Of a DNA stretch of 64,000 bases, positions 27,773 through 36,383 are shown one piece after another. The stretch is taken from the IMG/VR virus record IMGVR_UViG_3300032242_003291, positions 186,001 to 250,000 of that record; one strand, written 5' to 3'. The notes under the pieces are model-generated. The model was not told the origin of the DNA. It saw nothing but the letters and a program-made list of their open reading frames with translations, and made no database searches. The translations under genes and the position numbers were made by a program. Position 1 is the first letter of the stretch. Every line of letters begins with the position of its first letter.

Positions 27773-27968
27773 ATTTAACGTATTTGTGAATAGCTTTATT
27801 TCCACCAAACTTATATCTTAATTCAACATCATATAAATCCAAGTAGTTACCACGATTTTTCATGGAAGGAATACCATACATTCCTGCTGAAAGAACAAAC
27901 TTGCGTCTCCTTATTTGATTTTTGGCATCAAGATACTTGTTCCACTGTTTTACTTCTTCTTGTTTCAT
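27759..27968 (-). CDS. tandem-array paralog (C-terminal motif only)
   Basis: LRYKFGGNKAIH. Confidence 0.7.
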   Translation of the reverse strand: MKQEEVKQWNKYLDAKNQIRRRKFVLSAGMYGIPSMKNRGNYLDLYDVELRYKFGGNKAIHKYVKYDYR

Positions 27969-28119
27969 TTTTAATTAATTCATGTATTGCTCGGTCCCCA
28001 CCCAATTTAAGTCTGAGATTATACATCTGCAATTTTTTTACAGCATCCGTCAACTCAAACCATAAAGAACCATTCGGGTTAACAAAATATAAACGTTCGT
28101 TATAACTATTCTCTTTCAT
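27928..28119 (-). CDS. tandem-array paralog (C-terminal motif only)
   Basis: LRLKLGGDRAIH. Confidence 0.7.
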   Translation of the reverse strand: MKENSYNERLYFVNPNGSLWFELTDAVKKLQMYNLRLKLGGDRAIHELIKNETRRSKTVEQVS

Positions 28120-28399
28120 ATACGCATTCAGTTGGTTTATTCTTCTCCCACATATCAAATATAAAATCCAAAAATTCGGGACCTACTGCAAAGTAATCCA
28201 AAAAGTCGTGAACAGATGCATACTCACACATTCTACCATGTTTATAATTATCGTATAATCCAATATTCACTCTCTCCCCCTCCTTATAAAAGATATTCTT
28301 CTTCGTTGCAACAAGTGTCACGGTCCCCAACTTATCTGACCTATTGGATAATACATCAAGATAACATCTTTGAAATGTGAAAAATTTATTGAAGTCCAT
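28106..28399 (-). CDS. hypothetical protein
   Basis: 97 aa, head of the array operon. Confidence 0.7.
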   Translation of the reverse strand: MDFNKFFTFQRCYLDVLSNRSDKLGTVTLVATKKNIFYKEGERVNIGLYDNYKHGRMCEYASVHDFLDYFAVGPEFLDFIFDMWEKNKPTECVYERE

Positions 28400-28848
28400 A
28401 TACTATTTTCTTTTATCCATTTTTTCATCCACAATGGTCCATACAAATATAACAACCACCATCCCGAAAAAGATAATCATTGAGTAGTCCATATTATCTT
28501 TTTTTGAATAGGTTAATAAATCCACTTATAGTTGAAAATACCAACACATAGTATAATCCAATTACAATCCATTTAACAATTTCCATAATATAATTTTTAC
28601 AAACATAGTATATTCCACAAAATTTTCCAAAAATTTTTTTTCTCGTTGGGTGAGTATAATAAAAGTGGGGGGTCATGTTCTTAAATAAGTTACCTATTGT
28701 TCTTAACTCAAGAGGTGATGCACTTAAATTGGAAATATATTTCTAAATTATTAAAATTAAATAATGACTTGTTATTTTTTAGGTTGTAAACATATAATAA
28801 TAATTTACAATTGGAAATATGTTTCTAATATTAAGTATATTTATTAGT

Positions 28849-29421
28849 ATGAGTAATTTTTTAATATATGGATTGAGATGTCCAAAAACAGATGACTACA
28901 AATATATCGGTAAAAGTAGTTCAGGATATGAAAGAGCAAAGGCTCACTTAACCTTTTCACATAATAATTCAGTTAATCTTTGGGTGAGTGAATTGAGAGA
29001 AGAAGGACTGTCCCCACTAATTGATGTCCTTGAAGAATGTGATGAAAATAATCTCACAATTAAAGAACAATTTTGGATACAATTTTATGATGATAAAGGA
29101 TGTAAATTAATGAACCACATAAAGTATGATGGTAAAGCAATTCATAAATTGAAACAAGACATTTTAATCGAACAAGAAAAACTTAATAAAGAATTAGAGA
29201 CCGCTAAAAATAATTTACAAGAGTTTTCTAACATTTCTTTATTCATAAAAAAAAGAAGAAAACAATTAAACATAAATCAAATTGACTTATCAGAAATGGT
29301 AGGTATAACTAATAGAACCCTCACCATGATTGAGAATGAAACAGGTAATCCTTCATACTCCACAATTGTATCATTGTTAGATACCCTTGGATACAAATTG
29401 GTCCCAATATTGAAGACATAA
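28849..29421 (+). CDS. GIY-YIG endonuclease with C-terminal XRE/HTH_3 domain
   Basis: LIYGLRCP...YKYIGKS...RAKAH; IKKRRKQLNINQIDLSEMVGITNRTLTMIENETGNPS; TATTTAT at 28838-28844. Confidence 0.85.
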   Translation: MSNFLIYGLRCPKTDDYKYIGKSSSGYERAKAHLTFSHNNSVNLWVSELREEGLSPLIDVLEECDENNLTIKEQFWIQFYDDKGCKLMNHIKYDGKAIHKLKQDILIEQEKLNKELETAKNNLQEFSNISLFIKKRRKQLNINQIDLSEMVGITNRTLTMIENETGNPSYSTIVSLLDTLGYKLVPILKT

Positions 29422-29448
29422 AAAAAACCCCACCTAAAAGATGGGGTT
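29420..29448. terminator. intrinsic terminator between convergent genes
   Basis: aaaaaaaccccacc-loop-atggggtt. Confidence 0.7.
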
Positions 29449-29474
29449 AAAATTTTCATGCACAAATTTTAAGA

Positions 29475-29756
29475 CTATTCAGAATCTTCTTCTGACTCCT
29501 CTTCATCTTCGTCCTCATCATCTGAATAAACATCATCCTCTAAATCAGAAACTCTCTCTTCTAAATCATAGATTTTTTCTTTTAACATAGAGATTTCTAA
29601 AGCTGATGAGTTCTCCACTTCATCCTCTTCAGTTTCATCATCAGAAGTTGTTTCTTCTGTTTCTTCCTCAGTTGTTTCTTCGTCAGTTGTGTCAACTGTT
29701 TCTTCAGCCAATTCCTCATCAGCTGGTAATACTTGTTCATCATCTAAATTTAACAT
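29475..29756 (-). CDS. highly acidic protein with short coiled coil
   Basis: Asp/Glu-dominated sequence, LEISMLKEKIYDLEERVSDLE. Confidence 0.7.
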   Translation of the reverse strand: MLNLDDEQVLPADEELAEETVDTTDEETTEEETEETTSDDETEEDEVENSSALEISMLKEKIYDLEERVSDLEDDVYSDDEDEDEEESEEDSE

Positions 29757-29840
29757 GTTAAAATGGGTTTTGTTTTATTTATGTTTTAACACTAATAAAT
29801 AGTTTTTGGACATGACCCATAATGTAAATTTATTGTTAAT

Positions 29841-29867
29841 AAAAAACCCCACCTGAGGAGTGGGGTT
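29841..29867 (-). terminator. intrinsic terminator
   Basis: aaaaaaccccacc-tgagga-gtggggtt. Confidence 0.75.
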
Positions 29868-29891
29868 CTTAATATCATTTAATATGTGGGG

Positions 29892-30725
29892 TTACATTTT
29901 CATACCCGATTGATTCAAACACTCAACCAATCTACGTAATTCTTCTGCAGCTGCAGGGTCTTTTTTAATTCCAAAGGTTACAAGTAAATCCACAACAATA
30001 TTATCCAATTGTTTAGTTTCTTCTCTTTTCATAAATTCAGAAATTTTAGGGTAACCACCTTTTGCAATACACGCTTTAATTGCTGGCATTGCATTTGCAA
30101 TTGGTTTAGCAATTGCAGAATTCATTTTGTTCTTGATTGATGGTAATGCATTTGCGATTGGTTCATCAATAACTGATTTTAAACTTGGTTGATAAGGTAA
30201 TTGTTGTTCATTAAGTCCAGCAACTCCAAGTAATGCTCCTTTTGCCACATCACCCCATGAACCACCTGATGATTGAGGTTTGTTTCCCATTCCTGATTGC
30301 ATTTGTTTGATGAATGGTGCTGCAATTCCCGTAAGACTTGTTGCAATGTTAGAAAGGGTTTTTGAAATATCTCCCCCTGTTACAGCATTTTTCAATGTTT
30401 GATAATGTTGACCCAATCTTGATTTCTCTTGGTCAAGAACTTGATTAAAAGATTTAGCATCTCCGCTTGCCGCCGATTTAATCATGTTAAACAATGAAGT
30501 TGTTGGTAATGTTTGAAGAATGACATTTCCTAATTGACCATTTATTTCAAGGCCATTTCCAACAGCGCCTAACGAACTTTGTTCATTAACCAATGGTTTA
30601 GAATCCCCAAGTTTAGAGTTAATTAATTTAGAAAAATTCTCAGTCATTACTTTCATTCCTCCTGAGTGTTGTTCACGGATTGCATTTTTTTCTTCTTCCG
30701 TTAAGTTATTCAATATGTGCTTCAT
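29892..30725 (-). CDS. leader-bearing helical protein with internal L-N-E junctions
   Basis: MKHILNNLTEEEKNAIREQH; LVNEQ, LNEQ; TATTTAT at 30740-30746. Confidence 0.8.
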   Translation of the reverse strand: MKHILNNLTEEEKNAIREQHSGGMKVMTENFSKLINSKLGDSKPLVNEQSSLGAVGNGLEINGQLGNVILQTLPTTSLFNMIKSAASGDAKSFNQVLDQEKSRLGQHYQTLKNAVTGGDISKTLSNIATSLTGIAAPFIKQMQSGMGNKPQSSGGSWGDVAKGALLGVAGLNEQQLPYQPSLKSVIDEPIANALPSIKNKMNSAIAKPIANAMPAIKACIAKGGYPKISEFMKREETKQLDNIVVDLLVTFGIKKDPAAAEELRRLVECLNQSGMKM

Positions 30726-30749
30726 AAAATTTGTTTAATATAAATATAA

Positions 30750-31184
30750 CTAAAATCCTTTAATAATCTTTTTAACCAATCTGTTGATATCAGATTCATC
30801 AATCTTCTTGAACTTACTAACTCTATGGTTTTTATAATAATTTAATAAGTCTTCCAACTTAAGTCCCATATAAGCAATTCTTAATTGACCTTCAACTTCA
30901 AATGGATTTATTACACGACCAATTTCATCAGATACTCTTAATGGTTCATCTTCTCCAAGTGGATTCTTAACACCACTCGGTAATAATATCAAATATTTCT
31001 TTGGAGGTACGGAAACATAAAAGAATTGTCCCAACTTTGAATAGTGGTCCCAAAACCCTGGACCAAATACCTGTGGATTTCTAAACTCCTTTGGTAATTC
31101 CTTATAAGAATTAATCATTTTAATTTGGTTCCAAAAATGTTTTCCAAATTCTTTCTTTAATAGTTTAATCATCATTTCATTCAT
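30750..31184 (-). CDS. hypothetical protein with leader-like motif at the C-terminus
   Basis: Ends KKIDESDINRLVKKIIKGF; TATTTAT at 31189-31195. Confidence 0.75.
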   Translation of the reverse strand: MNEMMIKLLKKEFGKHFWNQIKMINSYKELPKEFRNPQVFGPGFWDHYSKLGQFFYVSVPPKKYLILLPSGVKNPLGEDEPLRVSDEIGRVINPFEVEGQLRIAYMGLKLEDLLNYYKNHRVSKFKKIDESDINRLVKKIIKGF

Positions 31185-31222
31185 ATCAATAAATACAAAA
31201 TTTTTCCAGAAATTTTTTAATT

Positions 31223-31252
31223 AAAAAACCCCCTTCGTAATTGAAGAGGGTT
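31223..31252 (-). terminator. intrinsic terminator
   Basis: aaaaaacccccttc-loop-gaagagggtt. Confidence 0.7.
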
Positions 31253-31274
31253 AGTGTTATAATATAGAACAAAA

Positions 31275-31736
31275 TTAGAATTGACTAGTTGCACCTGTTG
31301 CACCCCCACCATATTGTGTTTGGTTAGGAGCTCCTCCAGTTGCTTTGTTTGGGTATAATTTATTTTTTAATTGAAGTGCATATGCAATTGCGTTTTGAGA
31401 TGCTTTTTGTGAATTAGGTGAAACATTAAAAGATTTCACACCTTTATTACCTTGATAAAAAACTTCTAGAGTCCATGGATTTCTTGATGGGTCATCTCCA
31501 CAATTTAAAAATACGTTAATACCTGTACTGTGGTTGTTGAAATACATATACTTACAACAAGCATATGGACATTTTTTCCATGTTGTTGCTTTGGACTCAT
31601 CAACCAATTTGAATCCCTCTTTAGTTAATTGAGGTACGATTAATTTATTCCAATAATCGAAATCTTCTTGCTCTTTAATTACTCTATTCACCAAACGAAC
31701 CAAATCGTTTTCTGTTAATCTTATTATTTTACTCAT
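31275..31736 (-). CDS. leader-bearing hypothetical protein
   Basis: MSKIIRLTENDLVRLVNRVIKEQ; TATTTAT at 31752-31758. Confidence 0.8.
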   Translation of the reverse strand: MSKIIRLTENDLVRLVNRVIKEQEDFDYWNKLIVPQLTKEGFKLVDESKATTWKKCPYACCKYMYFNNHSTGINVFLNCGDDPSRNPWTLEVFYQGNKGVKSFNVSPNSQKASQNAIAYALQLKNKLYPNKATGGAPNQTQYGGGATGATSQF

Positions 31737-31809
31737 AAAAAATATTTTATAATAAATATATCGAAAAGGTCATTTTTTTCCCAAAAATTTTTTTTGCGTA
31801 ACTCAAGGT

Positions 31810-32015
31810 ATTATCCCCCCCAAATGACATTCTGACAGTATAGTAAGGGGGGATACGGGGGGAGGGGGGGTGCCTACCCCATGCCAAGGGGGGTATATGG
31901 GGGAGGTAGTTATCCACATTTAGTCCCCACCCCTCCCGTTGTCGGTGTGGATAACAAACACCCCCTCCTGACATGTTGTCTCATAAAAAGTTATCCCCAT
32001 ATGGGATGGGGATAA
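31810..32015. other. candidate replication origin/terminus element: G-run tract plus paired DnaA boxes
   Basis: TTATCCACA at 31910-31918 (+) and 31946-31954 (-); TTATCCCCA pair at 31991-31999 and 32007-32015; multiple G5-G7 runs. Confidence 0.55.
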
Positions 32016-32020
32016 GTTTA

Positions 32021-32052
32021 TTTGGTTGTGTGAAAGCTATGTTGTATCTTTG
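32021..32052 (+). promoter_or_regulatory. Bacteroidota primary-sigma promoter, antisense to 32057..32503
   Basis: TTTG-N20-TATCTTTG. Confidence 0.8.
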
Positions 32053-32056
32053 TAGG

Positions 32057-32503
32057 TTATTCAGGTATGGTGTGAGTGTCCTTGTAGCCAGCGGGGACAA
32101 TCCATCTACCGATAGATAGTCTTCTTGTGCCAGGTAGCTTAAGGTCGTAAGGCATTGCTGCGGACTTATGAATACCTTTGATTGTATCTTCTATCTCGTT
32201 TGTTACTTCTTTGGCGTCTTCGTATGTACATTTGAATCCTGTGGACAGATATGGGGAGTTATATTCTCTACCATGTTCGATAGAACTTACAAGCCAACTT
32301 GCAAGACCCCAACCATATTCATCCTCTATCAAGTAGGGGTCGAAGTAAACGTCAATGAAGATAAGGTTATATTCATTTATTCTATCCTCTTCCACCCCGA
32401 CATCAAGTATCCATGGGTATTCACGTTTCAGCGCTTTAGCTGTAACCTTATACTCATAGTTGTCATATAATTCCTGTGGGGTCATTGGGTCCGATACTGC
32501 CAT
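32057..32503 (-). CDS. hypothetical protein
   Basis: 148-aa ORF. Confidence 0.7.
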   Translation of the reverse strand: MAVSDPMTPQELYDNYEYKVTAKALKREYPWILDVGVEEDRINEYNLIFIDVYFDPYLIEDEYGWGLASWLVSSIEHGREYNSPYLSTGFKCTYEDAKEVTNEIEDTIKGIHKSAAMPYDLKLPGTRRLSIGRWIVPAGYKDTHTIPE

Positions 32504-32546
32504 AATGGTAAAACCACATTTGGTTTAGAATGTGGGGATAACTTCT

Positions 32547-32578
32547 TTTGGTTATATCATAAATACTACATACCTTTG
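32547..32578 (+). promoter_or_regulatory. Bacteroidota primary-sigma promoter
   Basis: TTTG-N20-TACCTTTG. Confidence 0.8.
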
Positions 32579-32682
32579 TATTGTTCGAAGCGGGAGTGTA
32601 GAACGGGCGGGGGCAATGTGTCAGCTGAAGAAATCAGAGGTAGGCTATTTGGTCCCCACCCCAAACAGACGAGGGCGTAATA

Positions 32683-32714
32683 CAAAGGTACGTCTTTTTT
32701 CTGTAACTACCAAA
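32683..32714 (-). promoter_or_regulatory. Bacteroidota primary-sigma promoter convergent with 32547-32578
   Basis: TTTG-N20-TACCTTTG on the minus strand. Confidence 0.8.
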
Positions 32715-32750
32715 TCTTTTTTTCGGGATTATTTCGTATCTTTGTACCCT

Positions 32751-33143
32751 ATGAGACTGACAGATAAGATATATAATATGGACCTATCATACAGGGTGGT
32801 GAACTTGACCATTAAGTGGTGTGAGAAGTTCTTTACTGCTCCACACATTAAAAGACGTAGGGAACTTCTTGTCATGATATATCATTCCCCCACCCATCAG
32901 GTGTTCGGACAATACTGTGATAAGAACCATTGGTTGAGTATTAACATACATAACTGTCCGACAGTTAGGGACCTTATTAAAACTACCATCCATGAATATA
33001 CCCACGTATGTCAGGACCTGAAGGAATATGCTCTTATGAATAAGATGGTGGGGTATGATAAGAATCCTCTTGAAGTCGAAGCAAGATTGAATGAGGACAC
33101 ATACTATAAGAATTGTTGGAGGAGCATTAAATCGAAGCTTTAA
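32751..33143 (+). CDS. small HExxH metallopeptidase-like protein
   Basis: TIHEYTHVCQ...YDKNPLEVEAR; -7 TATCTTTG at 32737-32744; start re-assigned. Confidence 0.7.
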   Translation: MRLTDKIYNMDLSYRVVNLTIKWCEKFFTAPHIKRRRELLVMIYHSPTHQVFGQYCDKNHWLSINIHNCPTVRDLIKTTIHEYTHVCQDLKEYALMNKMVGYDKNPLEVEARLNEDTYYKNCWRSIKSKL

Positions 33144-33387
33144 TTAACTCCTGACACTTAGCCACAATATCCTTGGGAGTAATCTCTTCCCCACCATGGA
33201 CATATAGTCCTTCCACCTTTGCATCCACACAGGCCCATCCATCTAATCCTATGGGTTTCCTTGAGAAGGACCTCTTAGCCTTCTCGAAATATAAGGTCCC
33301 TAACTCCACTTCCCCACCCATCATCGTGACCACGACCCTGATTCTGTCAGGGTCTAACTGTGTTAACTCATAAGATAATTTGTCCAT
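33127..33387 (-). CDS. hypothetical protein
   Basis: MDKLSYEL... start re-assigned. Confidence 0.65.
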   Translation of the reverse strand: MDKLSYELTQLDPDRIRVVVTMMGGEVELGTLYFEKAKRSFSRKPIGLDGWACVDAKVEGLYVHGGEEITPKDIVAKCQELIKASI

Positions 33388-33421
33388 GTGTATAAGTATA
33401 CTTACGGAACACATAAAAATA

Positions 33422-33551
33422 AAGTTATCCACAGGTGGGGAATGGTCCTGACGATATGACAGGGTGGAAAAAAAGTTGGGGATGTGGATAACTTTGGGGG
33501 TAAAATATTTGGATTTGTCAGAATGTCAGGGGACCGTTACGATGGGGATAA
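33422..33551. other. second inverted DnaA-box pair
   Basis: TTATCCACA at 33425-33433 (+) and 33483-33491 (-); TTATCCCCA at 33543-33551 (-). Confidence 0.6.
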
Positions 33552-34161
33552 TCCCTCGACACACTTTTCCCCCACTTTCTACCACTATTGTTTCCCACAT
33601 TTTACCACCGAAATAGTCCCCACGTATATAAAAACACCACTTTTTCCCCTCTGTAGGGGTCTACAGGACCAGTTTTTTACTATATATAAAACCTAGCAAA
33701 AAAAGGAGTAATAAGTGTGAGACGCGGGGAAACGAACGTAGTGAGTGTTTCATGACTATTCAGTCATGGTTTAACCCCCCTTCAAGGAGGGAACCGATAT
33801 GTTTTATTACCTCCAACGAGGTGACAACTCAGTCCCCCACTCGTGGTGGAGACCTGTAGTCTGTGATAATATATCGTGTAAATGTATGATATTTCATTTT
33901 ATCGTGGGAATCCACGATGCTTATATATCATCTCATCCACATATGTAATGTGTCATAAGTAAACTTATAGCTTGACCCGTAGGGATGTTTTGTAAAGTTA
34001 TAGCTTGACACACTATATCACATATTAAAGTCTCTTCATATATGTGGGGAATATATTTGGTGGGGGATGTTCCCGACATGGATGTCGGAGACATATGGAT
34101 ATCCATATTTATCCGCAAATATACGATTGCATATCCGATATTATGTTATACCTTTGTGATT

Positions 34162-34446
34162 ATGAGAAGATTGATATGGGAGTTCCTTAATATGAAGTAT
34201 AAAGATATTGTAATATATCATCAGGTCTTTGACCTTGATAACAGACGCACTGAAAAGTTTGTCACTGAAAGTTATCAGAGCATTATGGAATTTACTTATT
34301 TCTATAGTGGCAAAGATGTAAGGACTCATATAACTCCTGATATTAGAAAAAATATACAGAACTATTTCTGTGTTAATGCTTTAGATGTTGAATCATATAT
34401 TCTTGAATGGTGCCGTGATAAAAGTTATAAGACTATTGAAATGTAA
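34162..34446 (+). CDS. early WF-family protein without leader
   Basis: -7 TACCTTTG at 34149-34156; IQNYF...YILEWCRDK. Confidence 0.7.
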   Translation: MRRLIWEFLNMKYKDIVIYHQVFDLDNRRTEKFVTESYQSIMEFTYFYSGKDVRTHITPDIRKNIQNYFCVNALDVESYILEWCRDKSYKTIEM

Positions 34447-34447
34447 T

Positions 34448-34765
34448 ATGGATGAAGAATTAAACTTTGGTGAAAAGATTAAGATTGTGCTTAATAAGAT
34501 GGTTGTACCTGACTATGATGCTATTGACCGCGTGGAGTATACAAAGTTTGGTGATATAGGTGAAAGTCGATATTATGAAATCATATATATAGTCAAAAAA
34601 GGTTGCTATAGTGACTTAGATATTAATATAGGTACTGAAATCATTGAAAAAACTCAGAGAATTGTTCCTATGGTTGGATTGTTACCTCATGAAGGTTATA
34701 ATGTTTTGTTTCGTATCGATGGAAAGAAATATAATACATTGGAAGGAATGGGATTATACGATTAA
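34448..34765 (+). CDS. hypothetical protein
   Basis: MDEELNF..., coupled to the upstream stop. Confidence 0.7.
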   Translation: MDEELNFGEKIKIVLNKMVVPDYDAIDRVEYTKFGDIGESRYYEIIYIVKKGCYSDLDINIGTEIIEKTQRIVPMVGLLPHEGYNVLFRIDGKKYNTLEGMGLYD

Positions 34766-34767
34766 TG

Positions 34768-34825
34768 AAAGAAGTGAGGGACATCCACGGAACGTAGTGT
34801 AGTGGATTGTTCTTGTCCCGAACTG
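34768..34825. repeat. nested hairpin with GAACGTAGTG loop
   Basis: gggaca/tgtccc and tccac/gtgga stems; the same loop motif occurs at ~33735-33747. Confidence 0.55.
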
Positions 34826-34862
34826 AGTGAATTAATTGGATAATCTAAAAGTATTTATTCAT

Positions 34863-35183
34863 ATGAAGATAATCATCACAGAAGAACAATACGACAAAAT
34901 CATTAGTCAGAAATCTCTTTTTTGGATTAAGAGAAGAATTGATTTGGTTAAAGACGGATTGAAAGAAACCTTTGAACTTATGGAGTATGATATTTGTCGA
35001 ATCGATGATTATTATAAGTTTGAAAAGAAATTCTTCTCTGTATTAATGGATGGTCTTCATCCATATTTTTATGATGATGAAAGTTTTGACCACGCAGAAT
35101 ATGATGCTATGTATAATACATTAAAGGATTTATACTATGTTGAGTGTACCGAGTTTTATTTTGACGGTAGAGAACGCTGCTAA
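34863..35183 (+). CDS. leader-bearing WxKRR-module protein
   Basis: MKIIITEEQY; FWIKRR; TATTTAT at 34852-34858. Confidence 0.8.
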   Translation: MKIIITEEQYDKIISQKSLFWIKRRIDLVKDGLKETFELMEYDICRIDDYYKFEKKFFSVLMDGLHPYFYDDESFDHAEYDAMYNTLKDLYYVECTEFYFDGRERC

Positions 35184-35187
35184 TTTT

Positions 35188-35219
35188 TTTGATTCTCACA
35201 CCCTTTTTTCATACCTTTG
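35188..35219 (+). promoter_or_regulatory. Bacteroidota primary-sigma promoter
   Basis: TTTG-N20-TACCTTTG. Confidence 0.8.
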
Positions 35220-35235
35220 TATTGTGGAAAAACTT

Positions 35236-35538
35236 ATGCATTTATATCTGAAAACAATTTATCCTAAAGCTTATGTTTATAAATCTAAGTTTGGTTCCCT
35301 TATTTATAATATGGATGAATCTACTAGCTTTTGTTTGAAGTTTAATACTAAATTTCACATTAACAAAAAACCAGTTGTGAATCAATTGATTCACCTATTT
35401 TGTTGTGACGAAAATGTTGCTGAAAATGTTTATTATAATTGGTTTGAAAGTCTCCCCGTATATGTTATGGGTAAAAACTTAACTTGTGAAGATGTTCTTG
35501 TACCATTGGTAACTGAATGTAATTCTACTGTCAGTTAA
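35236..35538 (+). CDS. early WF-family protein without leader
   Basis: LIHLF...VYYNWFES. Confidence 0.7.
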   Translation: MHLYLKTIYPKAYVYKSKFGSLIYNMDESTSFCLKFNTKFHINKKPVVNQLIHLFCCDENVAENVYYNWFESLPVYVMGKNLTCEDVLVPLVTECNSTVS

Positions 35539-35582
35539 TAATAACTTAATATTCCCCGACAAAGTATATCCTATTTATCTAT

Positions 35583-36281
35583 ATGGTTAAAGATTTTCTT
35601 ACTATTGTAATCCCCACAAAAAATGAGAGTGAACTTATCGATATCACTCTTTGTCATCTGAATAAACAAACCGATATAAACGGCACTAAAGTTATAATTT
35701 GTGATTGTTCTGACGATAATACTGTGGAAGTTATTAAAACGGGTAATTACAAAAACTTAGATATTGTTTTTACTGATGGTGGACTTCCGAGCGTTGCCAG
35801 AAATAACGGTGCCAAGTTATGTGATACTCCTTATGTTTTATTCTTGGATGCTGATATCTTCTTGGTGAATATTAATACCATAAAAGATACTCTTAATCTT
35901 ATTAAGAACAATAATCTTTATTTGGTAACAACTAAGTTCAGAGTCAGAGGTATCTATTCATTTGTATTCCCTATCTTCGAATTCTTTAGAGACTTAACCG
36001 TATATAAAGCCCCATGTGCTGTCGGAGGTTTCATGCTCTTTGACATATTCGAATTTAATCGTCTTGGAGGATTTAATAATGAAGATAAGTTTGCCGAGGA
36101 CTTTCATATCAGCTTGAAGGTTAATCCATTCAGATTTCATGTATCCCCACATAAGATATACACAACAGATAGACGTTTCAAAAAGAAAGGTTTGTTCTAT
36201 ATGTTGAAGATGTCTTTCCTCTCTTATATCAATAGAGATAATCCTGAGTTCTTTAAGAACGACCACAAATATTGGAACTAA
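35583..36281 (+). CDS. glycosyltransferase family 2
   Basis: LTIVIPTKNE, ICDCSDDNT, ARNNGA, VLFLDAD, FAED. Confidence 0.9.
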   Translation: MVKDFLTIVIPTKNESELIDITLCHLNKQTDINGTKVIICDCSDDNTVEVIKTGNYKNLDIVFTDGGLPSVARNNGAKLCDTPYVLFLDADIFLVNINTIKDTLNLIKNNNLYLVTTKFRVRGIYSFVFPIFEFFRDLTVYKAPCAVGGFMLFDIFEFNRLGGFNNEDKFAEDFHISLKVNPFRFHVSPHKIYTTDRRFKKKGLFYMLKMSFLSYINRDNPEFFKNDHKYWN

Positions 36282-36383
36282 TATGGAAGATTGGATTGGA
36301 TTCTTTTATATGTTAATAATTAAAGGAATGTTATCAGCTCTAATTGTGATTGGAGTTTATGCCCTTATTAAAAGAAAAAGAAA

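Noticed and set aside
28494-28676. 60-aa ORF
   Set aside because: The first half reads through AT-rich intergenic DNA; only a short membrane peptide from an internal Met is plausible, and support is too weak.
31747-34118. ORFs 31747..31974, 33484..33696, 33933..34118 and 34042 extension
   Set aside because: They run through G-runs, DnaA boxes and palindromes with unusual amino-acid content; treated as non-coding.
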